DNA from: Octopus sinensis
Taxonomy: Eukaryota
Length of the DNA stretch: 64,000 nt
Direction of reading: 5' to 3'
Assembly (NCBI RefSeq): GCF_006345805.1
Contig: NC_043001.1
Span: 18,538,001-18,602,000 of the forward strand
Position numbers and translations under genes: made by a program. Below the pieces are notes generated by a model that was not told where the DNA came from, searched no databases, and was given only the letters and a program-made list of their open reading frames with translations. Shown here in pieces: positions 1 to 13,328 of this stretch (its first letter is position 1; every line of letters begins with the position of its first letter).

Positions 1-1318
1 AGGGGTTGGGGAAAGGGTATCTTTTTTCTTCAGAAATGTAAATAAACCCAATCTGTTTCTTAAACGAGGGACATATTCATACGGCACAAAATGTTTTCAC
101 CTCAATAGACGTCATTGATTGGTTGAAATTGCAGAAATTGAAGAAATAAAACAAAAAATATCTTACAAACTATAGAATTTTCTCAATAAAGCCAAGAGAA
201 AAAGATGTTTTATAAACACATTCTACCAGTATACGAAGTTTAAAAGTGTTTAGTTACGTGGAAATTATTAAAAAAAACTGCCGTTCAAACCGAAAAGATC
301 CTTTTATCCTTCCAGGGTCGATAAAATTAAATAGCAGCCAAGAACAGGGGTCAATTTGACCGAGTAACCCTACCCTATAAATTTCAGGCCTTACGTTTAT
401 GTCAGAAACAATTCTTGAGGGCGTCGGACAGATGTAATCATTAGAATGTCGGACAAAATCCTTTACGGTATTTAATGCGTCTCTTTACGTTCTGAGTTCA
501 AGTCCTGCTGGCATCTACATTACCTTTTATCCCGCCGAGGCTGATAAAATAAAGTACCAGTCATATATTGTGCCGATGTACTCAATTTAGCCTCATCCCC
601 ATCCCTATGAATGCCAAAGCTTGAGCCTGCATTAGAAAGGCATTTCCAAAATTTAATATGCGCCATGTATTTATTACTAATTATAGACGTTTCCTGTATC
701 ATAATGTCGTTCATAACTAAGACACATCATAGGAATATAAACCAACATCAGAATTTATTTGGCACTTAGTTTTATCGGTTATCTCTTTTATATTTTGCCT
801 TTTACTCGTTTCAGTCAGTAGACCGAGGCCATGCTGGGGCATCGCCTTGAAAATTTTTTAGTTGAAAGAATTGACTCCGGTTTTATTTTTGATGCCTGCT
901 ACTTATTGCTACTTATTCTATCGGTCCTTTTTGCCGAACCGCAACACGGGGACGTAAAGACACCAACACCGGTTGTCAAGCGGTGATGGGGGAACAAACA
1001 CTCCCTCCACACACACACATGTATGCATTTATACGACAGGTTTCTTTCAGTTTCCGTCGACCAAATCCCTTCACAAGGCTTTGATCGACTAAAACCTTTC
1101 AAGACGGTGACCCAGCATAGGGCACAATCCAATGACCGAAGCAAGTGAAAGATAAAAGATTAAAGAAATTCTAGATGCACAATATTTGGAAACAAATATA
1201 AGTGATAATCATAGCATAGCTACTGGGTGTTTTTGAGAAGTTCGTCTACTGGAGCAAGGTTGACCTGGGGCTAAACAGCCACAAAAAGATAAACACACAC
1301 GAACGCACACACATACGA

Positions 1319-1405
<87 letters not shown>

Positions 1406-1453
1406 ACACGAACGCACACACAAACAGACAAAATATTTAAAAATCAAATTTAC

Positions 1454-1683
1454 CTTGCCTAATATTGGGATATCGATATTTTTGCTTGTTTCGCCGTGGG
1501 CGAAAGTCAAAATACCGCTTCCACCAACAAAATCAGTTCCATCTGTCGCAGATATCGGACTCGTCTGCCACGAAACCATGATTTCGCCATCAGCGCCGTT
1601 TATACGGTTAACTGTAACGAGTGCGTTCGGCAGACTTTCTTTCACCACGTAGCTCGGTTTGCTAAATTCTAGTCGACCAGGCT
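1454..1683 (-). CDS. NCX (SLC8A-like): Na+/Ca2+ exchanger internal exon (CBD2, first about 75 aa)
   Basis: Acceptor attacAG (1685-1684), donor AAG|GTAAAT (1453). 230 nt, phase 1 to 0. G+AG across the 38,372-bp intron gives NDD-E-PGRLEFSKPSYVVKES...DGTDFVGGSGILTFAHGETSKNIDIPILGK. The three exons total 681 nt = 227 codons with no stop. Confidence 0.95.
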
Positions 1684-1751
1684 CTGTAATTATAAATACA
1701 TATAAACTGTACAAATCTCATTTAAATAAATACATTTCACAATTACTGCAA

Positions 1752-1785
<34 letters not shown>

Positions 1786-2663
1786 TCATATACTCTGTAA
1801 AAATAGAAAAAAAGATACTATAGATATACCTCTGTCTTTAAATACTTATGAGTGCCTGTGTTCGCGCGAGCGTTTGTGTGTTTCAATAATGTGTAGTGTA
1901 TATAAGTATGTATATATATATAGTGAGAATTTACAAAAAAAATGCAAAAAAGACGAAGACGGGTGTGTAAACAACAAACGGATGTATTAGTTTTACGCTC
2001 GGGAAGTCAGAAAGTCTTTTACGTTTCGAGTCTATGCTCTTCGACAGATCTCTAATTATTGGGAACCTTGGATATGTAACACTGCCTAAATACCAATCTT
2101 GAGAAATTAAGTTTCTCAAAATCTGAAAGGAGCAAGCTGACTCAAAAACTACAGATCCAATCCGTCACTGGAACTGTAAAAATCTATAAAACTTTCCAGA
2201 AGTTTATCATTTAAATATATAGGAGAATGTCTAGATATGCAACTATATCCATGAAAATACATTCATAAAACACAATAAACGTTTCCCGTCCATAAAGGGT
2301 TCAGCTTTATGGCGTATCATCAGATCCCAAAACCTGTTGGCTTAAGGCCTCTCTAGCGAGTGGCCCCTCTAGAATACGGAGGAGGAAAGGACCCCGCTAT
2401 TCAATGTCAACAAAGTGTATTGTCTCGCTTTGGCTATCGATCGCCCTGCCATCATGTGGGTTCCAAATAGGCCAGCAGGAATTTCCTGAAATTCAAGCAC
2501 GGTCCGAAGACCTCTGTTCTGGAGTTAAGGATGTTCCTTGATACAGAGAGACTGAGATAGAGGGAGAGAGAGAGAGAAAGAGAATGAGAGGGAAAGAGAG
2601 AGGATGATAGAGAAAGAGGGAGAGAGGCGGAAAGTTTTCTATATTGTGTGTATCTGTGACACA

Positions 2664-2881
2664 TACTCTTTTACTCTTTTACTCGTTTCAGTCATTTGAC
2701 TGTGGCCATGCTGGAGTACCGCCTTTAGTTGAACAAATCGACCTCAGAATTTATTCTTTGTAAGCCTAGTACTTATTCTATCGGTCTCTTTTGCCGAACC
2801 GCTAAGTTACGGGGACGTAAACACACCAGCATCGGTTGTCAAGCGATGTTGGGGGGACAAACACAGACACACAAACATATA

Positions 2882-2926
<45 letters not shown>

Positions 2927-3120
2927 GTATATATATATATATATACATACATATATACGACGGGCTTCTTTCAGTTTCCGTCTACCAAATCCACTCGCAA
3001 GGCTTTGGTCGGCCCGAGGCTATAGTAGAAGACACTTGGCCAAGGTGCCACGCAGTGGGACTGAACTCGGAACCATGTGGTTGGTAAGCAAGCTACTTAC
3101 CACACAGCCACTCCTACGCC
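2664..3120 (-). mobile_element. SINE family B (tRNA-like head, internal (TA)/(TG) microsatellite, (AAAAGAGT)n tail)
   Basis: A/B-box-like GGCTGTGTGGTAAG...GGTTC.AGTCC head and CCTTGG.CAAGTG block; one of more than 10 copies in the window. Confidence 0.9.
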
Positions 3121-3654
3121 TTCCAAGATGACAGCCATGACTGTAATTTTACCTGCAAATCTGATATAAACTCAAAAGGAGCGAATTACCGAACCTTGAA
3201 TTAAATGGAAATTTTAATGGAAGAAAAAAAAAAAAAGGAATATTGTTGTTTATTATTCCTCGATAAAGCTACGCTGTTCTGCTTTCGGCTCGTAGCAATA
3301 TTTTGTGATGGAACGATAAAGCAACGGATAATTCATAGTAAATGAGGGAAAGTAGAAAAATAGAAGAAAAAATTAAAGTAAAAGTACAGAAGGTAAAAAT
3401 AGAAGGAAATTCAACGGTGTAGTCTTTGAACAATGGCTGTGGTAATAATTGGTGCTGTAGCAGCTAATATACCTGAACTCCCCAGTAATTATGTCGTCAT
3501 CATCGTACGGCAGCTGGTCTTTAATGATTGTTTAAACAAAAGACAGTTGATGATGAAGTTTAAGAAGGGTGAAGCGGAGGGAGACCTGCTGTCAACAGAA
3601 TAAATAGATAAATAAATAAATGAATGAATGTTCTTTGATATGGAGCGCATTCTA

Positions 3655-3769
3655 ACTACTATTACTACTGCTCTTGCTGCTGCCGCCGGCGCAACCCCCT
3701 CCATTACTACTACTACTACTACTATCACCATCACCACCACCACCACCACCACTACCATCACCACTACCA

Positions 3770-3801
<32 letters not shown>

Positions 3802-3822
3802 GCTACCACCACCATCACCAAA

Positions 3823-3853
<31 letters not shown>

Positions 3854-4121
3854 TCACCATCACCACCACCACCACCACCACTACCATCACCACTACCACT
3901 ACCACTACTACTACTACTACTACTGCTGCTACCACCACCATCACCAAAACTACTACTACTACTACTACTACTACTCTACTACTACTACTACTACTCTACT
4001 ATCACCATCACCACCACCACCACTACAACCACCACCACACCACTACCATCACCACTACCACTACCACTACTACTATACTACTACTACTACTACTACCACC
4101 ACCACCACACCACCACCACCA

Positions 4122-4166
<45 letters not shown>

Positions 4167-4420
4167 CACTACCACCACCACCACCACTACTACTACCACC
4201 ACCACCACTACCATCACCACTACCACTACCACTACTACTACTACTACTACTGCTGCTACCACCACCATCACCAAAACTACTACTACAACTACTACTACAA
4301 CTACTACTACAACTACTACTACTACTACTACCACCACCACAACTACTACTACCACCACCACCACCACCACCACCACCACTACTACTACTACCACCACCAC
4401 CACTACAACCACCACTACCA

Positions 4421-4453
<33 letters not shown>

Positions 4454-4490
4454 ATACTACTACTACTACCACCGCCACCGCCACCGCTAA
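3655..4490. repeat. Compound (ACT/ACC)n microsatellite with an about 125-bp higher-order unit
   Basis: The marker CACCATCACCAAAACTACT recurs near 3810, 3935 and 4262. Confidence 0.9.
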
Positions 4491-4808
4491 TCCTGTATCA
4501 TCTCTGTATAATCAAAAACGTAGGAGCATGTCACATACGTTAAAAAGACTATCACTATAATGACAGTTTGTTGCTGTTCAGAGAAATTCAGAGAATGAGT
4601 GAGAGAGAGAGAGAGAGGGAGAATGTGAGAGAGAGAGAGAGGGGGAGAGTGAGAGAGAGAGAGTGTATGACAGATAGATAGCTAAGTGTTGTCACCATAG
4701 TAACTAACAAGGCTTTCATTTTATAACAGTCTGCTATTAAAAGAAGGTACGCGCATAATTAACAAATAAGTTTACTGGCAGAGTAGCAGCGAGTAGAGAC
4801 CTCGAATA

Positions 4809-5304
4809 CAGTTATCACTCGTCATATCGCGGTTTACGTATCGCACGCTCAGTACATCGCGGATTTTTCTGGCTAATATATATAAATTTATATCGCGGAC
4901 TCCTCAGTATATTGCAGGTTTCTGCGACCGATAGGTATTTATATTTTTTAAGATTTTAATTATTTCTATGGTAAAATAAGTATTTTCACGCCTAAAAATT
5001 AATAAATTAATAAATAAAAATACAGTACAGCACTGCACTGTATAACACATTAATTAAAATATATTAAAAGAAAATACGTAGTGTACCGTGGATGAGTAAG
5101 CAAAGAATTGCACATACTGTATGGAAAACGAAACTCGAGAGGCGAGTGTGTGGTGGTGTTTTGCATTTATAATAAAATAGATATATACAAATTATAAAAA
5201 TAATAAAAAAATATAAACAGTACAGTACTGTTTCTACTTCGCGGATGTTCAGCCATCGCGGAGATTTTTGGAACGTAACACCCGCGATAGTCGAGGGATT
5301 ACTG
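4809..5304. mobile_element. Tigger-like MITE
   Basis: Imperfect TIRs CAGTTATCACTCGTCATATCGCGG / CCCGCGATAGTCGAGGGATTACTG, TA TSD at 4807-4808 and 5305-5306, AT-rich interior. Confidence 0.8.
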
Positions 5305-6076
5305 TATAATAGATTTCGTGTTACATTCCTGAGTATAAGAGAGAGAGAGAGGGGGGAGGGAGGGAGAAGAAACAAAGAAAGAACGTTATACCGCACTGTT
5401 AAAAAACGCCATCTCGCCGTGAAATAAAATTTTATTGAATAGATGAAATCTCCAGAAATAAAAAAATTTCAAAACTACATTTTGATAAAAATATATTAAA
5501 GCATAATATGTTGTAAAATTTAATCTTAAAAATATTAAAGAATTAAGTTTTTAAAGAATTTTCTATCTAGTGTAGACTTTAACAATTGCTTTCTTTTAGT
5601 AAAAGTTACATACTCCAAACTAGTTAGTAAGCGACTTTCTTTATTTCGTGTGTAGATAGCTAATAAGAAATGGCAATGCACTGGAAATGTAGGCTTTCAA
5701 AATAAAACCTGACAGCAAAAAGTACATTAGCATGATAAGCACAGACACGCAGAAACGACCAACCTCAAACAACAAACTTACATGTACATATATCGCGACT
5801 AATCTAAATAAACCTCCTTGAAGTTTATACCAACCAATTATAGTACTTTCGTACTTTTGAGACTTCAATTCGCTAAACACCTATGAGTTTCTTAAATGGT
5901 ACTGATAGAGTAAATACTGGCAAAACATCCTTTAAACATTCACGCCAACACACATAACTCATCAAGCAAACTTCAAAAGCCCTTCCCTAGATCTAGTTAA
6001 CATAGGAACTTGGCAAACGGTTCCCTTATCTTTCCAGGACTAGCCATCAATTATTATTATTGCTGTTGTTATTATT

Positions 6077-6566
6077 CCTTCGTAACGCAGTGTAGGTAAA
6101 AATGCACAGGAGTCTTTAGTCATCTGTCAAGTCAGAACAAGGACCTCAGACAGATGCTTTCCTTAAGATGTGCGATATGCCCAATAAGGCTGCTTTTTGA
6201 AAGTCATCAATCTTGCATGGGATTTCCAGTTGCCTTAAGAAGTCTTGAAGTTTCAATGGGATTGAACCCAACGCTCTGATCACCACTGGTATCACTTTTA
6301 CATTACCCTCTCGCATTCCATAAAGTCTTGCCATTTCCACTTTCAGTTAGGAGTACTTGGTGATTTTTCAACCTCTATACTCACAACATTCATGTCATTT
6401 AGTATGGCTACATCAATGATCTGACAGTATTTGTCTCTCTTATTCAATTTTGACAATATCCAGCCGACGGTGTTTGATTACAGGATCTGTCTGAAAATCA
6501 TAAGTATCGTTACTTTTCTATCCTCCTACATAACTTTGGTACATGCTCATACCATTTCTCTGTTAC
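6077..6566 (-). mobile_element. R4/Dong-type non-LTR retrotransposon 3' fragment (restriction-like endonuclease region)
   Basis: With frameshifts: EKWYEHVP...DFQTDPVIKHRRLDIV...CQIIDVA...KVEMARLYGM...KVIPVVIRALGSIP...QKAALLGISHILRK. Flanked on both sides by (ATT/GTT)n. Confidence 0.75.
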
Positions 6567-6695
6567 TTCTTATTATTATTAATGTTATTATTGTTGTTGT
6601 TGTTATTATTATTATTAATATTATTATTGTTATTATAATAATAATAATTATTATTGTTGTTGTTATTATTATTGTTATTATTGGTGTTATTATTA

Positions 6696-6732
<37 letters not shown>

Positions 6733-6735
<3 letters not shown>

Positions 6736-6988
6736 TAGTTTTATTTTTATAGCGTGCTTTCACTTCACTACCGAGCGCAGCTCTGTGTGCCTTGGGTATG
6801 TGCTGTGATTTATTGTGATGCTCTGATGGTTATTGTATGGAAAGTGCTCTGCGTAGGATGTGCGCAGTGCCTAGTAGTGCAATTTTCTGTATGTTATATG
6901 TGTTTGTAAGTCCTGGTGTTTTTGTTATGTATTTGTCTGAATATTTTTTTATCATGCCTAATGCACCTACTATGATAGGAATTGTTTA

Positions 6989-6990
<2 letters not shown>
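6733..6990 (-). mobile_element. Second R4/Dong-type 3' fragment (different subfamily)
   Basis: Minus strand reads TIPIIVGALGMIKKYSDKY...IQKIALLGTAHILRR, then a 3'UTR and (AAT)n. Flanked by (ATT)n on both sides. Confidence 0.75.
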
Positions 6991-7031
<41 letters not shown>

Positions 7032-7270
7032 GTTATTATTATTATTATTATTATTATTAATATTTCAAGATTGAAGTCACTCTTCACGAAGGTAATGAAA
7101 CAAGAAGAGCGCGACTGTTATTGGTAATAAATAGAGATTGACTGTTTATTAAAATGAAAATGAAACGAATGAACAATATTTCGACACTCCTTAAGTTCAA
7201 ACCATATTTTGTGAGCTGTTGACATCGCAATCTGGACGAATGAATAAAATGTCAGGTAAATTGCACCACA

Positions 7271-7666
7271 TCTTTATATATAAAAGTGAAGTTGTGTGTC
7301 TGTCTCCTACGATTTAGATTCCTAACTACTCCCACATTTTGCGGTGCAGTTAAACCAAAACCGGGTATCTTATAGTCGTGATTCATATTGAGCTTCTGGG
7401 TATTAGCGCGCGTCTACGATGAGTCTACGATTAAAAAAAAAAATTACCATCATTTTTTCCATTTTAGTGCATTTTTTTCGCTATTAAAAAAAGGGAAGTA
7501 ACTCTCTAAAAATGTCTACGATGAGTCAACGATTTAAAAAAAAATTTACCATCTTTTTTTTCCATTTTTAATGCATTTTTTTGCTACTTTTTGGCTATAA
7601 CTCTCTAAAAATGCTTATATAGTTATTTCCCTTACAAACCCGAGCAACGTCGGGCGATACTGCTAG
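7271..7666 (+). mobile_element. Non-autonomous Helitron
   Basis: A|TC 5' end, subterminal hairpin CCCGAGCAACGTCGGG, CTAG|T 3' end. Near-identical to 14490-14885. Confidence 0.85.
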
Positions 7667-8261
7667 TTTATACTAAACTTTATGACTGAATAATTCTTTT
7701 CCTCCAATTCTTTTCTTTCTTTTTTTATCTTTCTTTCCTTTCTTCTGCTACCTTTTGTGAAAGACCAAAGATTGATGACGTTGTTTTACTTGGAAAGAAA
7801 CGCAGTTATTCCGGTTTAATTTGAATGTTTCAGCGTTTCCTATCTTTGAATTTAATTTCATTTTATATTTTGAACTTGTAAAAGACACACAGAGTGTCGA
7901 AATATCGTTCTTTCGTTTCATTTTAATAAACAGTCAATCTCTATTTATTACCAATAATAGTCGCGCTAGGTGGGTGAATGTTGGAAGAATGGCCAGTGTT
8001 AAAGGGCCAATTCTGAGCGTGTACTTATAAAAAAAATGAAGGGCTCTTGCCCTGTTGTTCAGGCACCCGTGGCTTTTGTGGGTCTTTCCACGAGGACCTT
8101 AAAGCGCCTCCCCTATTGGGAGTTTAATTTGTTTAATTTTTAACTGTTATTTATATTATGTTCACGCGAAAACCAATTGTATCATCCTGTTTTTGTCTTT
8201 TATGTTGTTGTATGTGAATTAATGTTTTATATGAGAGCCCTTGTAGCCAATAAAAGAATAA

Positions 8262-8329
<68 letters not shown>

Positions 8330-8343
8330 CAATAAAAGAATAG

Positions 8344-8414
<71 letters not shown>

Positions 8415-8845
8415 TATTATTACGTTTATAATTGTTGTGCAAGATTTTTTATGTGAAGTCGTGTGTTGAAACAGATATTGTTATATTTCGGAATGGTCAT
8501 TTTGCCAGTTTAGCCAATAAAAACACACGCACTATATATTTGGTGTTACTTTGCTTCAGTGTTATTTATTTTTTACATTAATCTTAATCTTATTCCGGCC
8601 AGAGTTCTTTCGTCACACTCCTGAGACCGCATCAGTGGGCCTTTGTTTTCTTCTTTCTTATTTGTGTCTCTCCTTACTAACCGTCAGCCATTTTGTATTT
8701 CTATTGTATGTCTTCATTTGCGCATGCTTTTATCTCTACGTGCGTCTATGTTTATTTAGTGTGTATGTGTGGGGGGATGCCTGTAATATTTGTATCTTCT
8801 GTTTATATACGTTCATGTAATTTGTTTTTGTTGTTGTTGTTTTTG

Positions 8846-8846
<1 letters not shown>

Positions 8847-8877
<31 letters not shown>

Positions 8878-9806
8878 CATCATTATTATTATTATTATCA
8901 TCATCATTATTATTATCATCATCATTATTATTATCATCATCATTATTATTATTATCATCATCATCATTATTATTATTATCATCATCATTATTATTATTAT
9001 CATCATCATCATTATTATTATTATCATCATCATCATTATTATTATCATCATCATCATTATTATCATCATCATCATCATTATTATTATTATCATCATCATT
9101 ATTATTATCATCATTATTATTATCATCATTATTATTATTATTATCATCATCATCATCATTATTATTATTATCATCATCATTATTATTATCATTATCATCA
9201 TTATTATTATCATCATCATCATTATTATTATCATCATCATTATTATTATTATCATCATCATTATTATTATTATTATCATCATTATTATTATTATTATCAT
9301 CATCATTATTATTATTATTATCATCATTATTATTATTATCATCATCATTAATATTATTATTATCATCATCATTATTATTATTATTATCATCATCATTATT
9401 ATTATTATTATCATCATTATTATTATTATTATCATCATTATTATTATTATTATTATCATCATCATTATTATTATTATTATCATCATTATTATTATTATTA
9501 TCATCATTATTATTATTATCATCATCATTAATATTATTATTATCATCATCATTATTATTATTATTATCATCATCATTATTATTATTATTATCATCATTAT
9601 TATCGTCATCATTATTATTATTATTATCATCATTATTATTATTATTATTATCATCATCATTATTATTATTATCATCATTATTATTATTATTATCATCATT
9701 ATTATTATTATCATCATCATCATCATTATTATTATTATTATCATCATTATTATTATTATTATCATCATTATTATTATTATCATCATCATTATTATTATTA
9801 TTATTA
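8847..9806. repeat. (ATT/ATC)n compound microsatellite, about 960 bp
   Basis: Direct inspection; source of the poly-I, L/S and N/D ORFs in the track. Confidence 0.97.
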
Positions 9807-10466
9807 CTACAGCACTCGTACATCGATGGAAAAAAACAAACAAACAAATATACCAAACTACTCTTAAAAAAGTTCAATGGAAGGAGTTCGACCAAGAAAC
9901 GAAATCAAGGTTTTTTTAACGGTTGCGATAGTCACCGACATAAAAAGTGCAGCGCTTACTTTCAGCAAATAATCATAAGCGTATCTAAAAATCATATCCC
10001 ATAAACAAAAACGATGACAATTATATACCAGAAATAGCCAACCTCATAAAATCAGAGAAAACTTGAAGCACAATACAACAAAACTAAGCGTAACTCAGCA
10101 TCAAACACAAAACAAGGCAATAAAATATCTTAGAGAAACAGAGAGCTGCCCAACCTCTGAATCGAATAAAATAAATCACAGAACTGTCATTAGTACACGG
10201 TATAGAGTAATTCGTATTATCAGTAACACTGCTCAAACCGCACACACCATATGACAATAATAATAGTACACCCGAACTTCAAAACCAAGAAAATGCACTT
10301 ATCTGATATTTGAATCTCAACTACAAAGAAAAAAAAACAAAAAAAAAAAGGAAAAAAAAGCCTTATATCCACTGCTACATAGATAACAATTTTGACTCCT
10401 TGTTTTTATCAGACGCCCAAACAGCATTGGAGAAATTTAGAAATATAAAAGGTTTCGTATTAAATA

Positions 10467-10855
10467 TCTCTATATATAAAGCTGAAGTTGTCTGTGTATG
10501 GCAGGTTTGGTAGCCTTCAACTAACACTATCTTCTCCGAGACCCTGCGGCGCAAGTTGACCAAAATTGAGAGTATGATAGAAGAAGGCTTGCTCTTCCTT
10601 CCGTAGAAAAAAAATCAAATCGGACCATGTTAACACCAAAAATTATTTACATCAAAAAGGTGCTTTTTTTCTATGAAAATCCCTATTTTTTACGATTTTT
10701 TTTACTGCTGTGTCGCCATTTTTCGGTGTATTTCAACCAGAAAAATGTTCACTTAAAGAGAATAACAAGCTACATAATGCAACATTTTTACTTTTCAAAA
10801 ATTCCAATTCTAAAGGCTCGAAACAAACCCGAGCAACGCCGGGCGATACTGCTAG
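10467..10855 (+). mobile_element. Non-autonomous Helitron (different interior)
   Basis: A|TCTCTATATATAAAG start; the same CAAACCCGAGCAACGCCGGGCGATACTGCTAG|T end. Confidence 0.85.
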
Positions 10856-11205
10856 TATAATTATACATCTAAGGCGTGAAGGAATCACGGCGTTTACCAA
10901 TAGCTACAAGTAGACGTACAAATAATATCAGCTTCCTAGAATCTGCAAGCTGGGCAAAATTGTTACAATCCAAACGGAGTAACATCTTAGACTCATTATT
11001 CTCCTATGCTCCTCACCGATAAAAATTCCCAAAAAGTTAATCAGTGCTACTTTAGCATGCAGTCTGTTGCGGTACTCATAGTTAATCCTGAGAAATGACC
11101 TGATCCGTGTTAAGAATAGAATTAGGGTTTCAGGTTTGGGTTAGGATTCGATGAATTCTTCAAGTCAAAATCCGGTGATTTCTGCTGTCAAGGTATTGAC
11201 AAGTT

Positions 11206-11440
11206 AAGGCGGCGAAGCTGGCAGAAACGTTAGCACGTCGGGCGAAATGCGTAGCCGTATTTCGTCTGCCGTTACGTTCTGGGTTCAAATTTCACCGAGG
11301 TCGACTTTGCCTTTCATCCTTTCGGGATCGATAAATTAAGTACCAGTTACGCACTGGGGTCGATGTAATCGATTATTCCGTTTGTCTGTCCTTGTTTGTC
11401 CTCTCTGTGTTTAGCCCCTTGTGGGTAGTAAAGAAATAGG
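11206..11440 (+). mobile_element. SINE family A, monomer
   Basis: GGCGGCGAAGCTGGCAG head and a GCCTTTCATCCTTTCGGG.TCGATAAATTAAGTACCAG central block; 15-bp TSD AGGTATTGACAAGTT at 11191-11205 and 11438-11452. Confidence 0.9.
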
Positions 11441-11711
11441 TATTGACAAGTTTGTGGAACGTCATGTACACCACCTGGCGAAAATAGTAACTAAATTCTT
11501 CTCACTCGTCTTTCTATCAAGTAGTTATCATTCGCGAATCATAATGCACAATCATGGACGAAGCGCTTTGATCATAGATTAGCTTGATCAGAACTGACAT
11601 GGCGATAAGCAACAACAATAACCGGTATAAAATGAGAACTATGTTCATAACAGAACAAAAACACGAGAGTCGTATGAAAGAAATATTTGATTGATTTGTT
11701 AAAATTGTTGA

Positions 11712-12112
11712 TGTGGCTGTGTGGTAAGTAGCTTGCTTACGAACCACATGATTCCGGGTTTAGTCCCACTGCGTGGCACCTTGGTCAAGTGTCTTCTACT
11801 ATAGACTCGGGCCGACCAAAGCCTTGTGAGTGGATTCGGTAGACGGAAACTGAAAGACGCCCGTCGTATATATGCATAAATATGTATGTGTGTGTATATG
11901 TTTGTGTATCTGTGTTTGTCCCCCAACATCGCTTGACATCCGATGCTGGTGTGTTTACGTCCCCGTAACTTAGCGGTTCGGCAAAAGAGACCGATTAGAA
12001 TAAGTACTAGGCTTACAAAGAATAAGTTCTGGGGTCGATTTACTCGACTAAAGGCGGTGCTCCAGTATGGTCACAGTCAAATGACTGGAACAAGTAAATG
12101 AGTAAAAGAGTA
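11712..12112 (+). mobile_element. SINE family B
   Basis: Full-length match to 2664-3120 in the opposite orientation. Confidence 0.9.
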
Positions 12113-12172
12113 AGTGTGCTCAAGTTCACTCACAAGGTTTGGACCAAAGCGAGGTTATGGTAGAAGATATTT

Positions 12173-12559
12173 GAGATGGAAGCACTCCGTCGGTTACGAC
12201 GATGAGGGTTCCGGTTGATCCGATCAACGGAACAGCCTGCTCGTGAAATTAACGTGTAAGTGGCTGAGCACTCCACAGACACGTGTACCCTTAACGTAGT
12301 TCTCGGGGATATTCAGCGTGACACAGAGAGTGACAAGGCCGGCCCTTTGAAAATACAGGTACAACAGAAACAGGAAGTAAGAGTGAGAGAAAGTTGTGGT
12401 GAAAGAGTACAGCAGGGATCACCACCATCCCCTGCCGGAGCCTCGTGGAGCTTTAGGTGTTTTCGCTCAATAAACACTCACAACACCCGGTCTGGGAATC
12501 GAAACCGCGATCCTACGACCGCGAGTCCGCTGCCCTAACCACTGGGCCATTGCGCCTCC
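12173..12559 (-). mobile_element. SINE family C, tail type i
   Basis: GGAGGCGCAATGGCCCAGTGGTTAGGG...GGTTTCGATTCC tRNA-like head; 11-bp TSD AGAAGATATTT at 12162-12172 and 12560-12570. Confidence 0.9.
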
Positions 12560-13019
12560 AGAAGATATTTACCCCAGATACTACACAGTGGAATCGAACT
12601 TGAAACCATCTCGATGATAAAGTGAACTTCTTAACTCCATGGCCAGTTGAAACTAAAATGAAGGACTAAATACTAACTTCAGGGTAATATCAAATACATA
12701 AAAACGCTAATCCTGGGAAAATGTTTACTCAACAAAATAATAAGCCTGGTTGAAGGTTTGTAATTAGTTTCATCAGATCTAATAATCTGGAATACACAGA
12801 TGAGGCAGCATTTAATTAAAACAGCCAGTGTATACATTAAGTTTTAAATTGCCTGTGTATACATTAGAGCTTCGAAGGGTTTAAATCCGAACAGGTTGTT
12901 TGATGAACGACAGGAAGGTGGAAAGAGATTGTTAAACATCACCCAGTTCACAAATTCACAGTAATCATGACTGTTGAAGACACAACGGAAAAATATCGAG
13001 GCATATTTTTCTATATCAC

Positions 13020-13328
13020 CGTGATCACCGTGACCGAGCAGGCTATCAGATGTTGCTACACATCACTGGTCACAATGCGCGTCGCATTGTTTTAGCCTTC
13101 AAATGACGCCATCCCACTGAGTAAGCGAGCAGGCCAACAGAATAAAGAGTGAGAGAAAGTTGTGGCGAAAGAGTTCAGCAGGGTTCGCCACCACCCCCTG
13201 CCGGAGATCGTGGAGCACTTTTGGTGATTTCGCTCAATAAACACTCACAACGCCCAGTCTGGGAATCGAAACTGCGATCCTACGACTGCAAGTCCGCTGC
13301 CCTTAACCACTGGGCCATTGCACTTCCA
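13020..13328 (-). mobile_element. SINE family C, tail type ii
   Basis: Same head and body as type i; a different 3' module shared with 38715-39028. Confidence 0.85.

Noticed and set aside
520-714. ORF 520-714 (-) as the next NCX exon
   Set aside because: No Calx-beta C-terminal motif; the sequence is a decayed family-A-related SINE.
2129-2270. About 140-bp match to 45017-45159
   Set aside because: About 80% identity, same orientation, 43 kb apart; most simply two fragments of an unclassified dispersed repeat.
3489-9919. Long low-complexity ORFs (poly-T/P/L/I/N/V, up to 408 aa)
   Set aside because: Translations of trinucleotide microsatellites, open in several frames and both strands.
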